48,747 bases of DNA, from the NCBI GenBank assembly GCA_030018905.1, contig JASEHJ010000002.1, positions 1-48,747 on the forward strand. The letters are read 5' to 3'. The DNA is from a bacterium. Lineage in GTDB: Bacteria > Sysuimicrobiota > Sysuimicrobiia > Sysuimicrobiales > Humicultoraceae. The notes below the pieces were generated by a model. The model saw only the letters and a list, made by a program, of their open reading frames with translations, was not told the DNA's origin and ran no database searches. Made by a program: the position numbers and the translations under genes. Positions 19,202 through 28,783 of the stretch are shown here, in pieces (positions within the stretch are counted from its first letter, which is position 1; each line of letters opens with the position of its first letter).

Positions 19202-20907
19202 GCAGCAAGATCAAGAGCGACCTCGACATTGCCCAGGAGGCCAAGCTCCTTCCGGTGTTGGAGATCGCCAGGCGCCTTGGACTGACCGAGGACGACCTCG
19301 ACATGTACGGGAAGTACAAGGCCAAGATCCACCTCGACGTGATGGAACGCCTGGCCGACCGGCCCAGCGGCAAGTACATCATGGTTACCGCCATCACCCC
19401 GACGCCGCTGGGCGAGGGGAAGACCACCACCGCCATCGGGTTGGGCATGGCCCTCAACCGGCTGGGGCACCGAACGGTGAACACCCTGCGCCAGCCGTCT
19501 ATGGGTCCGACCTTCGGCATCAAGGGCGGCGCCGCCGGCGGCGGCCACTCGCAGGCGATCCCCATGGAGGACTTCAACCTGCACTTCACAGGGGACATTC
19601 ACGCGGTCGGCGTCGCCCACAACCTGCTGGCGGCGATGATTGACAACCACATCATGCAGGGCAACGAACTGCGCATTGACCCGTACTCAATCACCTGGCC
19701 GCGGGTGATGGACATCAGCGACCGGGCGCTGCGCAACATCGTCATCGGCCTGGGCACCAAGGACGACGGCCGGCCCCGCACGACCGGGTTCGACATCACG
19801 GTGGCCTCGGAGGTAATGGCGATCCTGGCGCTGGCCAGCGACCTGCGCGACCTGCGGGCGCGCCTGGGACGGATCGTCATTGGAACCAACGAGGACGGCA
19901 ACCCGGTGACAGCCGAGGACCTCAAGGCAGCGGGCGCCATGGCGGTGCTGCTCAAGGACGCGCTGATGCCCAACCTAATCCAGACCCTGGAGAACACCCC
20001 GGTTATCGTCCACGCCGGGCCGTTCGCCAACATCGCCCACGGCAACAACTCCATTGTGGCGGACAAGATCGCCGTCAAGCTGGCCGACTACGTGGTCACC
20101 GAGAGCGGGTTCGGGGCGGATATCGGCGCCGAGAAGATGCTCAACGTCAAGTGCCGGTACTCGGGTCTCAAGCTGGACGCGGCCGTGGTGGTGGCGACCA
20201 TCCGGGCCCTGAAGATGCACGGAGGGGTGGGCCGCGTTGTCCCCGGCCGGCCGCTGCCACCCGAGCTGGTCAGCGAGAACGTCGAGGCGGTCACACGCGG
20301 GTGTGAGAACCTCCAGAAGCACATAGAGAACATGCGGCTGCACGGCCTGCCGGTGGTCGTGGCCATCAACCTGTTCCCCACCGACACCGAGCGCGAGATC
20401 GCCGCGGTCCGCGAGGCCTCTCTGGCCGCCGGCGCAGTGGACGCCGTTACCAGCGATCACCACGCCCGAGGCGGCGAAGGCGCGCTGGAGCTGGCCAAGG
20501 CAGTGGTGAAGGCCACCGGGCAGCCCAGCCGCATGCAGTTCCTCTACCCGCTGGAGATGCCGATCCGCGAGAAGATCGAGACCATCGCCACCAAGATCTA
20601 CGGCGCCGACGGGGTGGACTTCGAGCCGGCCGCGGAGGCCAAGATCAAGCTCTACACCAAGTTGGGCTACGACAAGCTGCCCATCTGCATGGCCAAGTCG
20701 CACCTGTCGCTCTCAGACAACCCGGCGCTCAAGAACCGGCCCCGGGGCTTCCGCGTGACGGTGCGAGACATCCGCGCCTCAGTAGGCGCCGGATTCCTCT
20801 ATCCGTTGTGCGGACAGATGCGCACCATGCCCGGTCTGCCCAAGGCCCCGGCGGCCAGCAAGGTGGACATAGACCTGGAGACAGGTAAGGTGGTGGGACT
20901 GTTCTGA
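19198..20907 (+). CDS. fhs: Formate-tetrahydrofolate ligase
   Basis: TAITPTPLGEGKTTT, FGIKGGAAGGG, NLHFTGDIHA, HAGPFANIAHG, TMPGL. True start ATG 19198 (GAGGAGG RBS, ATGA overlap). Confidence 0.97.
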   Translation: MSSKIKSDLDIAQEAKLLPVLEIARRLGLTEDDLDMYGKYKAKIHLDVMERLADRPSGKYIMVTAITPTPLGEGKTTTAIGLGMALNRLGHRTVNTLRQPSMGPTFGIKGGAAGGGHSQAIPMEDFNLHFTGDIHAVGVAHNLLAAMIDNHIMQGNELRIDPYSITWPRVMDISDRALRNIVIGLGTKDDGRPRTTGFDITVASEVMAILALASDLRDLRARLGRIVIGTNEDGNPVTAEDLKAAGAMAVLLKDALMPNLIQTLENTPVIVHAGPFANIAHGNNSIVADKIAVKLADYVVTESGFGADIGAEKMLNVKCRYSGLKLDAAVVVATIRALKMHGGVGRVVPGRPLPPELVSENVEAVTRGCENLQKHIENMRLHGLPVVVAINLFPTDTEREIAAVREASLAAGAVDAVTSDHHARGGEGALELAKAVVKATGQPSRMQFLYPLEMPIREKIETIATKIYGADGVDFEPAAEAKIKLYTKLGYDKLPICMAKSHLSLSDNPALKNRPRGFRVTVRDIRASVGAGFLYPLCGQMRTMPGLPKAPAASKVDIDLETGKVVGLF

Positions 20908-22106
20908 CCCATGCCCGCACAGCGTTGGTGGTGGGGGCCGGACCGGCCGGCCTGACGGCGGCGCAGGCGCTGGCCGCCAGGGGGATTCCTGTGCTGCTGG
21001 CCGAGCAGGGGCCGGTGGTCGGCGGATGGGCGGCCTGCTATGCGTGCAAGGCCGCAACCGACTGTAACCTGTGCGGGGTGTGCCTGAGTGCCCGGGTAAG
21101 CCGGACGATGCAACCCGGCGCCGGCGTAACGCTGAAGGTGGACGCGCATGTTCTGGGGATTGAAGGTGGGCCAGGCAGCTTCGCCGTTCGCCTGGCCCAC
21201 CGGCCCCGGGGCGTGGACGTATCGCGCTGTACTGGGTGCGGCCGGTGTGCCGAGCTGTGTCCGGTTGCCGCGATAGCCCAACCCCATCCCCAGGCGCTGC
21301 CCATGGCCTACCTCTTGGACCAGGAAGCGTGCCTGCGCGCCAGGGGCGAGGAGTGCGTGATCTGCCGGGAGGCGTGTCCCTTCGGCGCAGTCCTTTTGGA
21401 TGACACACCAAGTGAGGAGTTGGTGCAGGCGGACGTGGTGGTGCTCGCCACCGGATTTGAGCCATATCCGGCGGCCCGCAAAGGCCAGCTCGGCTACGGC
21501 CGCCTTCCGGGTGTAATCACCACCATGGATCTGGAGAGGGGTCTGTGGCAGCATGGACCGGAATACCTGTCGCGCCTGTTGCCCGGCAGCCGACGGGTGG
21601 CGTTCGTGCACTGCGTCGGATCCCGGGATCTGGCCGCAGGCAGGGGTTGGTGCTCGCAGGTCTGCTGCCCTACCGCGTTACGCCTGGCCGGCCGCATGGT
21701 ACGCGAACTCCCGGGTCTGGAGGCCACCCTCTTCTTCATCGACCTGCAGCGGTGCGCCCCGGGGATCGCGCGCCTCTTCGATGACCTGCCGCCGGAGATC
21801 CATCTGGTGCGCGGCATTCCGGGGGATGTGCTTTCGGAGCCCGGGGGGCTGCTTCTGACGTTCGAGGACGTCGCCACGGCCACCAGACGCCAGGAGCTCT
21901 TCGACCTGGTGGTGCTGGCGGTAGGCATGGATTCGCCAGGCGCGGCCGCCGGCATGCCGGCGGCCGCAGAAGGCTTCCTGTGCGACCTCCCGGCAGGGGT
22001 GGTTGCGGCGGGCGCCTGCGGAGGCCCGGTCAGCATCCCGGAGGCCGTGGGCGAGGGCCTGAGGGCCGCGGGAGCCGCCCTGCGGGTGCTGGAGAGCCTG
22101 TCGTGA
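20904..22106 (+). CDS. hdrA: Short HdrA-like FAD/Fe-S protein (QmoA-like size)
   Basis: VVGAGPAG FAD motif; CKAATDCNLCGVC; two ferredoxin motifs; HCVGSRD...WCSQVCC; DLVVLAVG. Start uncertain: CTG 20904 or TTG 20925. Confidence 0.78.
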   Translation: MTHARTALVVGAGPAGLTAAQALAARGIPVLLAEQGPVVGGWAACYACKAATDCNLCGVCLSARVSRTMQPGAGVTLKVDAHVLGIEGGPGSFAVRLAHRPRGVDVSRCTGCGRCAELCPVAAIAQPHPQALPMAYLLDQEACLRARGEECVICREACPFGAVLLDDTPSEELVQADVVVLATGFEPYPAARKGQLGYGRLPGVITTMDLERGLWQHGPEYLSRLLPGSRRVAFVHCVGSRDLAAGRGWCSQVCCPTALRLAGRMVRELPGLEATLFFIDLQRCAPGIARLFDDLPPEIHLVRGIPGDVLSEPGGLLLTFEDVATATRRQELFDLVVLAVGMDSPGAAAGMPAAAEGFLCDLPAGVVAAGACGGPVSIPEAVGEGLRAAGAALRVLESLS

Positions 22107-23947
22107 ACGGTTATGGGACGGCCCTGGCGGTTTGCACCTGCGGCGGCACGCTGTGCGGTCGCCTCGATGTGGAGCGCATCGTCGCGGCGCCTGGTTTCGC
22201 GTCGGCGCTGGTCATCCATGATCTCTGCCTGCCCGCGGGCAGCGCGCGCGTAGCGTCCTGGCTTCGCGAGACCGCGGCCGATAGCCTGGTAGTAGCGGCG
22301 TGCGGGGTCCCTGCGGCAGTACAGGCGGTCGTCGAGGTGTCCAGGGCCGCCGGAGTCGCAGAGCACCGCACAAGCCTGGTGGATCTGCGGGAAGGGTGCG
22401 CCTGGGTCCATACCCAAGCAGATCAGGCCACTGCCAAGGCTCTTAGGATGGTGGCTTCGGCTGCGGCCGGGGTTAGAGAGAGCACGCCTCCGGTACCTGA
22501 TGTTGAGGTGAGGCCCTCCGGGCGGGTGCTCGTCGTGGGAACCGGCCCAGGCTCCCTGGCTGCGGCTGCCCGTCTCAAGGACCTGGGCTGCGAGGCGGTC
22601 TTGATCAGTGGAACGCTGGAGCGGTTTGAGGGGCAGGCCGGCGAGTTCAAGGCCAGGATACGAACTGATCAGGGCGTCGAGTGCCATGCGGTCGGCGCCG
22701 TGATCGCAGCAGGCGATGCTCCTGCGCGTATGCCCGCGGTCCAGGCCGGCCAGAGGGTGGCCTTCCTGCTGGAGGGCGATCCCTGGCCTTCGGTTACCGA
22801 GTCAACGCTTTCGGCTGCCCTGCACCTGGCACGAGACTGCGGGTGCCGCGTGCTGGTGCTCTTTCGCGACATGGGAGTCGCCGGGCGTGGGCTGGAGGAA
22901 CTCTACAGGGAGGCGCGCGGCTCAGGGGTCACGTTCGTCCGGATGGAAGAGGGGTCTCTCCGGATAGTTGAGGCAGGGGGTGAGTGGGTCGTTACGCTGG
23001 AGGTGCCCGGCCTGGGATCCGTCACCGAGACCGTTGACGTGCTGGTAAGCGGCGCCACCGATGCGCTGCAGGGGACGCGGGGCCTGGCAGAGGTACTAGG
23101 CGTGGCTCCCCGCAAGGGAGGCTGGGCGCCCAGGGAGCGCGCTCTTCTGGAGCCCGTTGCGACCGAACGCAACGGTGTTTTCCTCATCGGATCGGCCCGC
23201 GGCCCGTACACCACCGACCAGGCAGTTCGCCAGGGAGAGGCCGCGGCGATGGCCGCGCTCTCCGTGGCCGCGCCAGGTGTGATCGCGGTTTCCGCTCGGG
23301 CATCGGTAGATGTGGAGCGGTGCGCCTTCTGCCTGACGTGTCTGCGCGTCTGCCCCCACCAGGCGGTGACCACCGCCTTGGGTCAGACGATGCGGGTGCT
23401 GCCCGCTGCCTGCCAGGGGTGCGGCGTGTGCGCGGCGGCCTGTCCTGCTGGCGCGATCCAGATCACGGAGAGTCCCAACCGCCGCCTCTTGGCGGAGATG
23501 GACGCGCTGATGAACGGGCCTCCCCTGGGCGGCCGTCCCACCGTCGTCTTCGCCTGCGCGAACTCGGCCGTGCCCGCCCTGCAGGCGCTGGGCAGGCTGC
23601 GCCTGTCATACCCGGCTCAGGTTCTGGTGGTGCCCGTGCCCTGCCTGGGCCGCCTGGAGGCGGTTCACTGCGTGCGGCCGCTGGCGGCGGGGGCCCGCCG
23701 GGTCCTCCTCTGCGGCTGCTACGACCGGAGCTGCGAGCACCTGGTCGGGCCTGCTACGGCCCGCAGGGTGGTGGAGCGTGCCTCCGCGTTGGCAGGCACG
23801 CTGGGTCTGGATCCCGGTGCCATCCATGTGGCGTCGCTTGCTCCGGTTGACTGGCACAAGCTTGGCCAGATACTGGGTGTCTCATGCGACGACGGGGACA
23901 GGAATGGTGGAGAAGCATCGAAGGTGACGGCGCATGCTACCGCGTGA
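22103..23947 (+). CDS. Divergent HdrA-ferredoxin-MvhD fusion protein (QmoB-like architecture)
   Basis: GTGA overlap. HdrA N-terminal CTCG..LC..VVAAC..LREGCAWVH; degenerate GTGPGS; CAFCLTCLRVCP and CQGCGVCAAACP; C-terminal MvhD-like FAC..PCLGR..CGC...CEH. Confidence 0.8.
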   Translation: MNGYGTALAVCTCGGTLCGRLDVERIVAAPGFASALVIHDLCLPAGSARVASWLRETAADSLVVAACGVPAAVQAVVEVSRAAGVAEHRTSLVDLREGCAWVHTQADQATAKALRMVASAAAGVRESTPPVPDVEVRPSGRVLVVGTGPGSLAAAARLKDLGCEAVLISGTLERFEGQAGEFKARIRTDQGVECHAVGAVIAAGDAPARMPAVQAGQRVAFLLEGDPWPSVTESTLSAALHLARDCGCRVLVLFRDMGVAGRGLEELYREARGSGVTFVRMEEGSLRIVEAGGEWVVTLEVPGLGSVTETVDVLVSGATDALQGTRGLAEVLGVAPRKGGWAPRERALLEPVATERNGVFLIGSARGPYTTDQAVRQGEAAAMAALSVAAPGVIAVSARASVDVERCAFCLTCLRVCPHQAVTTALGQTMRVLPAACQGCGVCAAACPAGAIQITESPNRRLLAEMDALMNGPPLGGRPTVVFACANSAVPALQALGRLRLSYPAQVLVVPVPCLGRLEAVHCVRPLAAGARRVLLCGCYDRSCEHLVGPATARRVVERASALAGTLGLDPGAIHVASLAPVDWHKLGQILGVSCDDGDRNGGEASKVTAHATA

Positions 23948-24506
23948 GGCGCGGGCGCTGCCCGGCAGGACGGATCCTGCCTGGGCGCCGGTCATTGAGA
24001 CAGCCAGTGGGGAGCGCGTGGGGCTCTGCTTTGGTTGTGGCATATGCACCGGGAGCTGCCCCCTGGCTCCGGCAATGGATATGCTGCCGAGCCGTCTGAT
24101 GAAGGCGGTTCAGCTCGGGCTCAAGGAGCGGGTGCTGAAGGCCACCGCGCCATACCTCTGCGTCGGCTGCGAAACCTGTGCCGTCCGGTGCCCGAACGGG
24201 ATAGATGTCGCGCGTGTAATGGACGCGGTGCGCCAGGCGGGTCTTGCCAGGGGTGGGCCGGTACCCAGGGTGGACATCCAACGGTTTCACCAGTGGTTCC
24301 TGCGCACCGTGAGGTTGTTCGGCCGCGCCCACGAAGGGCTGCTCTCGGCTGGGTTCAGCCTGCAGCAGGGACGGCTGCGAGAGGATCTGCCCACCGGATG
24401 GGCCCTCATGCGGCATGGCAGGCTGGCACTGTGGCCCCATTTCATCCGGCGGCGCCGTGAGGTGCGCCGCCTGTTCCGGGCCATCGGGCAGAGGGGTGGG
24501 CGGTGA
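23934..24506 (+). CDS. hdrC: Heterodisulfide reductase subunit C-like (2x[4Fe-4S])
   Basis: CFGCGICTGSCP and CVGCETCAVRCPNGID..VMD. Confidence 0.88.
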   Translation: MLPREARALPGRTDPAWAPVIETASGERVGLCFGCGICTGSCPLAPAMDMLPSRLMKAVQLGLKERVLKATAPYLCVGCETCAVRCPNGIDVARVMDAVRQAGLARGGPVPRVDIQRFHQWFLRTVRLFGRAHEGLLSAGFSLQQGRLREDLPTGWALMRHGRLALWPHFIRRRREVRRLFRAIGQRGGR

Positions 24507-25375
24507 CACAGATGGGAGGGGAGAAGCCGCTCGCGCTGTACCCAGGGTGCTCGTTGCAGAGCACCGGAGCCGCCTACCTGGCTTCCGTGCACGAAACGCT
24601 GCGCGCCCTGGGGCTCCGGGTGAACGAACTGCCCGACTGGAACTGCTGCGGCGCGAGCTCGGCCCACTTCGTTGACCCGGAGCTGGCAGTCCTGCTGCCT
24701 GCCCGCAACCTTGCGATAGCCGAGGACCTGGGGGCCGACGTGCTGACCGCGTGCGCCGCCTGTCACCACCGGCTGGTGCAGGCAGAGCACGAGCTCAGCA
24801 CCTCGGAAGCCATGGCGCGTGCCGCCGCGAAACAGGACGTGGCCTACCACGGTGGGGTCAGGGTGCGTCACCTGCTCTCGGTTCTGGATGAGACCGACCT
24901 CTCCGGTCGGATCTGCCGACCCTTGAAGGGGCTCAGGGTGGCATGCTACTACGGCTGCCTGCTGGTGCGGATACCCAGATCCGGCGGCATAGACGACTCG
25001 GAGAACCCGGACATCATGGAGCGCGTGCTCAGGGCCTGCGGCGCCGAAGTGGCCGACTGGCAGGGCAAGACCTGGTGCTGCGGTGCCAGCCTGGCCGCCA
25101 CCGCGCCCGAACTGGCAGGGGACCTCGTTCAACGGATCCTGGTGCAGGCGCATCGCGCGGGCGCCGACTGCATCGCCACCGCGTGTCCGCTGTGCCAGCT
25201 CAACCTGGATTTGCTCCAAAGCGCCGCGGCTGAGCGGTCGGGATTCGACCGGCTGCTACCCGTTGTGTTCTTCACTCAACTGACCGCGCTGGCGCTGGGA
25301 GCCAGCCCGCGCCGCCTGGGGTTCGGGAAACACCTGGTGGCAGTCCGACCTATGATGGAGGCGCTGGCCGTATGA
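24503..25375 (+). CDS. hdrB: Heterodisulfide reductase subunit B-like (two CCG domains)
   Basis: YPGCS..WNCCGA..CAAC; YYGCLL..CCGA..ACPLCQLNLD; FFTQL. Confidence 0.92.
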   Translation: MTQMGGEKPLALYPGCSLQSTGAAYLASVHETLRALGLRVNELPDWNCCGASSAHFVDPELAVLLPARNLAIAEDLGADVLTACAACHHRLVQAEHELSTSEAMARAAAKQDVAYHGGVRVRHLLSVLDETDLSGRICRPLKGLRVACYYGCLLVRIPRSGGIDDSENPDIMERVLRACGAEVADWQGKTWCCGASLAATAPELAGDLVQRILVQAHRAGADCIATACPLCQLNLDLLQSAAAERSGFDRLLPVVFFTQLTALALGASPRRLGFGKHLVAVRPMMEALAV

Positions 25376-25391
25376 GGAAGGTGGTCTTGCC

Positions 25392-26069
25392 GTGATCGTT
25401 GCACAGCAGAAGCCCCTGGAGGATATCCGCCAGATGGCGCGCGGGTTCCGCCGCCTGTTGGTGCTCGGCTGCGGGACGTGCACCACCATCTGCTTCGCGG
25501 GCGGAGAGAAGGAAGTTGGGCTCCTCGCCACCTCGCTGCGGTCGGTACTGGGCCAGGAGATCGAAATCGAGGAAGCCGTGGTTCAACGGCAGTGCGAGTG
25601 GGAGTTCCTGGACCAGGTCGGCGAGGCGGTAGGCCGGGCCGAAGCGGTGCTGTCGCTGGGGTGCGGCGTGGGCGTGCAGGGAATTGGGGAACGCTACCCG
25701 GGAGTGGTGGTGCTGCCAGGGCTCAACACCGCCTTCATGGGGCTCACCGAGGCTCCGGGGATCTGGGGTGAGCGCTGCATGGCCTGCGGCGACTGCCTCC
25801 TGCACCGGACGGGCGGGATCTGTCCAGTGGCCCGGTGCGCCAAGAGCCTCCTCAACGGCCCCTGCGGGGGTGTCCAGGACGGGCACTGCGAGATTTCACC
25901 TGAGAACCCCTGTGCATGGGTGTTGATCTACGACCGCCTGATGCAGCAGGGCCGCCTGGAGCAACTGGAGGAGATCATTCCGGTTCGGGACTGGAAGGCG
26001 AGCCACTCCGGCGGACCGCGCCGCATCGTGCGGCCCGACTTGCGCGAGATGGTTGAGGAGGAGGTGTAG
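25392..26069 (+). CDS. metV: Methylene-THF reductase subunit MetV (copy 2)
   Basis: GCGTCTTIC.AGGE; RQCE; CMACGDC..TGGICPVARCAKSLLNGPCGG; directly upstream of metF. Confidence 0.9.
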   Translation: MIVAQQKPLEDIRQMARGFRRLLVLGCGTCTTICFAGGEKEVGLLATSLRSVLGQEIEIEEAVVQRQCEWEFLDQVGEAVGRAEAVLSLGCGVGVQGIGERYPGVVVLPGLNTAFMGLTEAPGIWGERCMACGDCLLHRTGGICPVARCAKSLLNGPCGGVQDGHCEISPENPCAWVLIYDRLMQQGRLEQLEEIIPVRDWKASHSGGPRRIVRPDLREMVEEEV

Positions 26070-26074
26070 GGGCC

Positions 26075-26992
26075 ATGCCCGCCGGCAGCAATCTAGAAGC
26101 GGTGCTGTCTGCCGGGCGGTTCGCCGTGACCGCCGAGTTGGGTCCGCCCAAAGGCACCAACCTGAGCGTGGTGGAGCGCAAGGCAGAGATCCTCAGGCAC
26201 TGCTGCGACGCCGTGAACCTGACCGACAATCAGACCGCCATCGTGCGCATGTCCAGCCTGGCGTGCGCGATCCACCTGCGCCGACTGGGTTTGGACCCGG
26301 TGATGCAGATGACGTGCCGCGACCGGAACCGTCTGGCCCTGCAGTCGGACGTCCTGGGCGCTGCGGGTGCGGGCGTGCGGAACTTCCTTTGCCTGAGCGG
26401 AGACCACCAGCAGTTCGGCAACCACCCAGGCGCCAAGAACGTTTTCGATCTCGACTCCATCCAGCTTATCCAGGTGCTGGCCGGCATGCGGGACACGCGC
26501 AGGTTCCAGGGCGGCGACGAGTTCACCGGAGACATCCCGATGTTCATCGGGGCCGCGGCCAACCCATTCGCCGACCCGCTGCCGTATCGGGTCGTCCGCC
26601 TGGCGAAGAAGGTGCGCGCAGGCGCCAATTTCGTCCAGACGCAGGCCGTCTTCGACCTGGAGATCTTCGGGCGCTGGATGGCCCAGGTGAGGGCACGGGG
26701 GCTCCACGAGCAGGTTGCCATCATGGCCGGAATCGTACCCCTGAAGTCGGTCGGCACGGCCCGCTACATGCGGGACTACGTCTCGGGTATAGTTGTGCCC
26801 GATGCCATCATCGCCCGGATGGAGGACGCCGCGGATCCCAAGGCCGAAGGCATGGCCATCGCCGTGGAACTCATTGACGCCGCGCGCGAGATACCAGGCG
26901 TCCGGGGTGTGCACATCATGGCGGTGGGGTGGGAGGAGGTCGTCCCGATCCTGGCGGAGCGGGCCGGGCTCCTGCCGCGGCCGCTGATATGA
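26075..26992 (+). CDS. metF: Methylene-THF reductase MetF (copy 1)
   Basis: VTAELGPPKG, NLTDNQ, QMTCRDRNRLALQSD, LSGDH, FDLDS, QTQ, GVHIMA. Confidence 0.94.
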   Translation: MPAGSNLEAVLSAGRFAVTAELGPPKGTNLSVVERKAEILRHCCDAVNLTDNQTAIVRMSSLACAIHLRRLGLDPVMQMTCRDRNRLALQSDVLGAAGAGVRNFLCLSGDHQQFGNHPGAKNVFDLDSIQLIQVLAGMRDTRRFQGGDEFTGDIPMFIGAAANPFADPLPYRVVRLAKKVRAGANFVQTQAVFDLEIFGRWMAQVRARGLHEQVAIMAGIVPLKSVGTARYMRDYVSGIVVPDAIIARMEDAADPKAEGMAIAVELIDAAREIPGVRGVHIMAVGWEEVVPILAERAGLLPRPLI

Positions 26993-27054
26993 CGACCGTA
27001 GTGCAATGTCGCCGCTCGATATCCCCGGAGGCGTGGGAAGGAGGGCTGGGCTGA

Positions 27055-27471
27055 ATGCAACCTCGGATCTTGGTGGTGGATGACGACCCGGACATCGCTG
27101 TGGCCGTTCGGATGGTACTGGAGGCCGCAGGCTATCAGGTGGAGACCGCCCCCGACGGCGAGGAGGGGCTCGAGAGGGTCCGCCGGGAAGTGCCCGACCT
27201 GATCATATTGGACATGCTTATGCCCAGGTTGGATGGGTACGGCGTGGTGCGGGCGCTGAAGGAGAAGCCCCGCTGGGCGGCCATTCCGATCGTGATCTTC
27301 ACTGCAGTCGGTGAAGAGGCCAGCCGGCGGAGGTACGAGCTGGAAACCGGGCTGGCCATGGACGTGGACGACTACGTCGAGAAGCCGGTAAGGCCGGTAG
27401 AGCTGCTGCACCGTGTCGGCAAGGTGCTGGAGCGGCGCGGCAAGCGGGCAAGCAACCCGGGAGAGGTGTAG
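27055..27471 (+). CDS. Single-domain response regulator (receiver only)
   Basis: ILVVDDD, ILDMLMP..DG, IFTA, YVEKP; no output domain. Confidence 0.9.
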   Translation: MQPRILVVDDDPDIAVAVRMVLEAAGYQVETAPDGEEGLERVRREVPDLIILDMLMPRLDGYGVVRALKEKPRWAAIPIVIFTAVGEEASRRRYELETGLAMDVDDYVEKPVRPVELLHRVGKVLERRGKRASNPGEV

Positions 27472-27475
27472 GACC

Positions 27476-27901
27476 TTGGCTGGAGACCCAAAGAGCATCC
27501 TGTTGATTGACGACGATGCCGACTTCGTCAAGGCTACCCGGATGGTGCTGGAGAGCCGCGCCTACCGGGTGACCGTGGCCCTCGACGGGGTGGAAGGGCT
27601 ACGCCTGGCACGCCAGGCCCCGCCCGACCTGATCATCCTGGATGTGATCATGCCGTTCAAGGACGGTTTTACGGTCTGCGAGGAGATGAAGCGGGATCCG
27701 GCGCTGGCCGCGGTTCCGGTTCTGATGCTTACGTCGTTTGCCGAGCGGCGCGGCGATACCAACCTTCCGGTCAGCGCCGGGTTCGGCCTGGAGGCAGAGG
27801 ACTACCTTGACAAGCCGGCTCCTCCAGGCGTGCTTCTCGCCCGGGTGGAGCGGCTGCTCTCGCGTCACGGCCGGGCGGAAGGAGGGACAGGGACGCCATG
27901 A
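27476..27901 (+). CDS. Single-domain response regulator (receiver only), second copy
   Basis: TTG start behind GAGAGG; ILLIDDD, ILDVIMP..DG, MLTS, YLDKP; no output domain. Confidence 0.88.
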   Translation: MAGDPKSILLIDDDADFVKATRMVLESRAYRVTVALDGVEGLRLARQAPPDLIILDVIMPFKDGFTVCEEMKRDPALAAVPVLMLTSFAERRGDTNLPVSAGFGLEAEDYLDKPAPPGVLLARVERLLSRHGRAEGGTGTP

Positions 27902-28782
27902 CCCTGCGAGCGGCCCTGGCTCAAGGCCAGTTCGTGGTGACGGCCGAGGCCTCCCCGCCCAAGGGTACCAATGTGGCAGGAGCCATCGCAGAGGCCGAGC
28001 ACCTGCGGGGGCGTGTGCAGGCGTTCAACGTCACCGACCAGCAGAGCTCGGTGATGCGCCTTGGGTCCCTGGCGCTCTGCTACCTGCTCAAAGAGCGGGG
28101 CCTCGAGCCCATCTTCCAGGTCACCTGCCGCGACCGGAACCGGATCGCCCTGCAGTCAGATCTTCTGAGCGCGGCGGCGCTGGGTATTGAGAACGTTCTC
28201 TGCCTGACCGGTGACCACGTGAAGCTGGGCGATCACCCGCAGGCCAAGCCTGTCTTTGACCTGGACTCGGTCTCTCTGCTGCGGGCTGCGGCCGGGCTGG
28301 TGGCGGGTCAGGACATGGCGGGCAAGAAGCTGGACGGCACGCCCGACTTCTTCCTGGGCGCGGTCGTCAGCCCCGGCGCGGATCCGGTGGAACCCCAGCT
28401 ACTCAAGATGGAGAAGAAGGCGCAGGCCGGCGCCGAGTTCTTCCAGACTCAGGCCATCTTCGACCCGGACGCGTTCGCCCGCTTCATGGAAGCGGCCCGA
28501 CCCATGGGCAAGCCGGTCTTTGCCGGGATCATCATGCTTAAGTCCGCCGGCATGGCCCGGTTCATGAACCGGAACGTTCCGGGCGTGCACGTTCCCGACC
28601 GCCTGATCGAGGTCATGGAAACCGCCAAGGATCGCCAGGAAGCCAGCGTGGGCGTTGCCGTGGAGCTGATCCGGCAGCTCCGGCCGCTGTGCCAGGGCAT
28701 CCACCTGATGGCCATGGGGTGGGATCACCTGCTGCCGCGGGTATTGGAGGCCACCGGCCTGGCAGCCCAGGGAGTGGTGTAG
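27898..28782 (+). CDS. metF: Methylene-THF reductase MetF (copy 2)
   Basis: VTAEASPPKG, NVTDQQ, QVTCRDRNRIALQSD, LTGDH, FDLDS, FQTQ, GIHLMA. Confidence 0.93.
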   Translation: MTLRAALAQGQFVVTAEASPPKGTNVAGAIAEAEHLRGRVQAFNVTDQQSSVMRLGSLALCYLLKERGLEPIFQVTCRDRNRIALQSDLLSAAALGIENVLCLTGDHVKLGDHPQAKPVFDLDSVSLLRAAAGLVAGQDMAGKKLDGTPDFFLGAVVSPGADPVEPQLLKMEKKAQAGAEFFQTQAIFDPDAFARFMEAARPMGKPVFAGIIMLKSAGMARFMNRNVPGVHVPDRLIEVMETAKDRQEASVGVAVELIRQLRPLCQGIHLMAMGWDHLLPRVLEATGLAAQGVV

Positions 28783-28783
28783 C

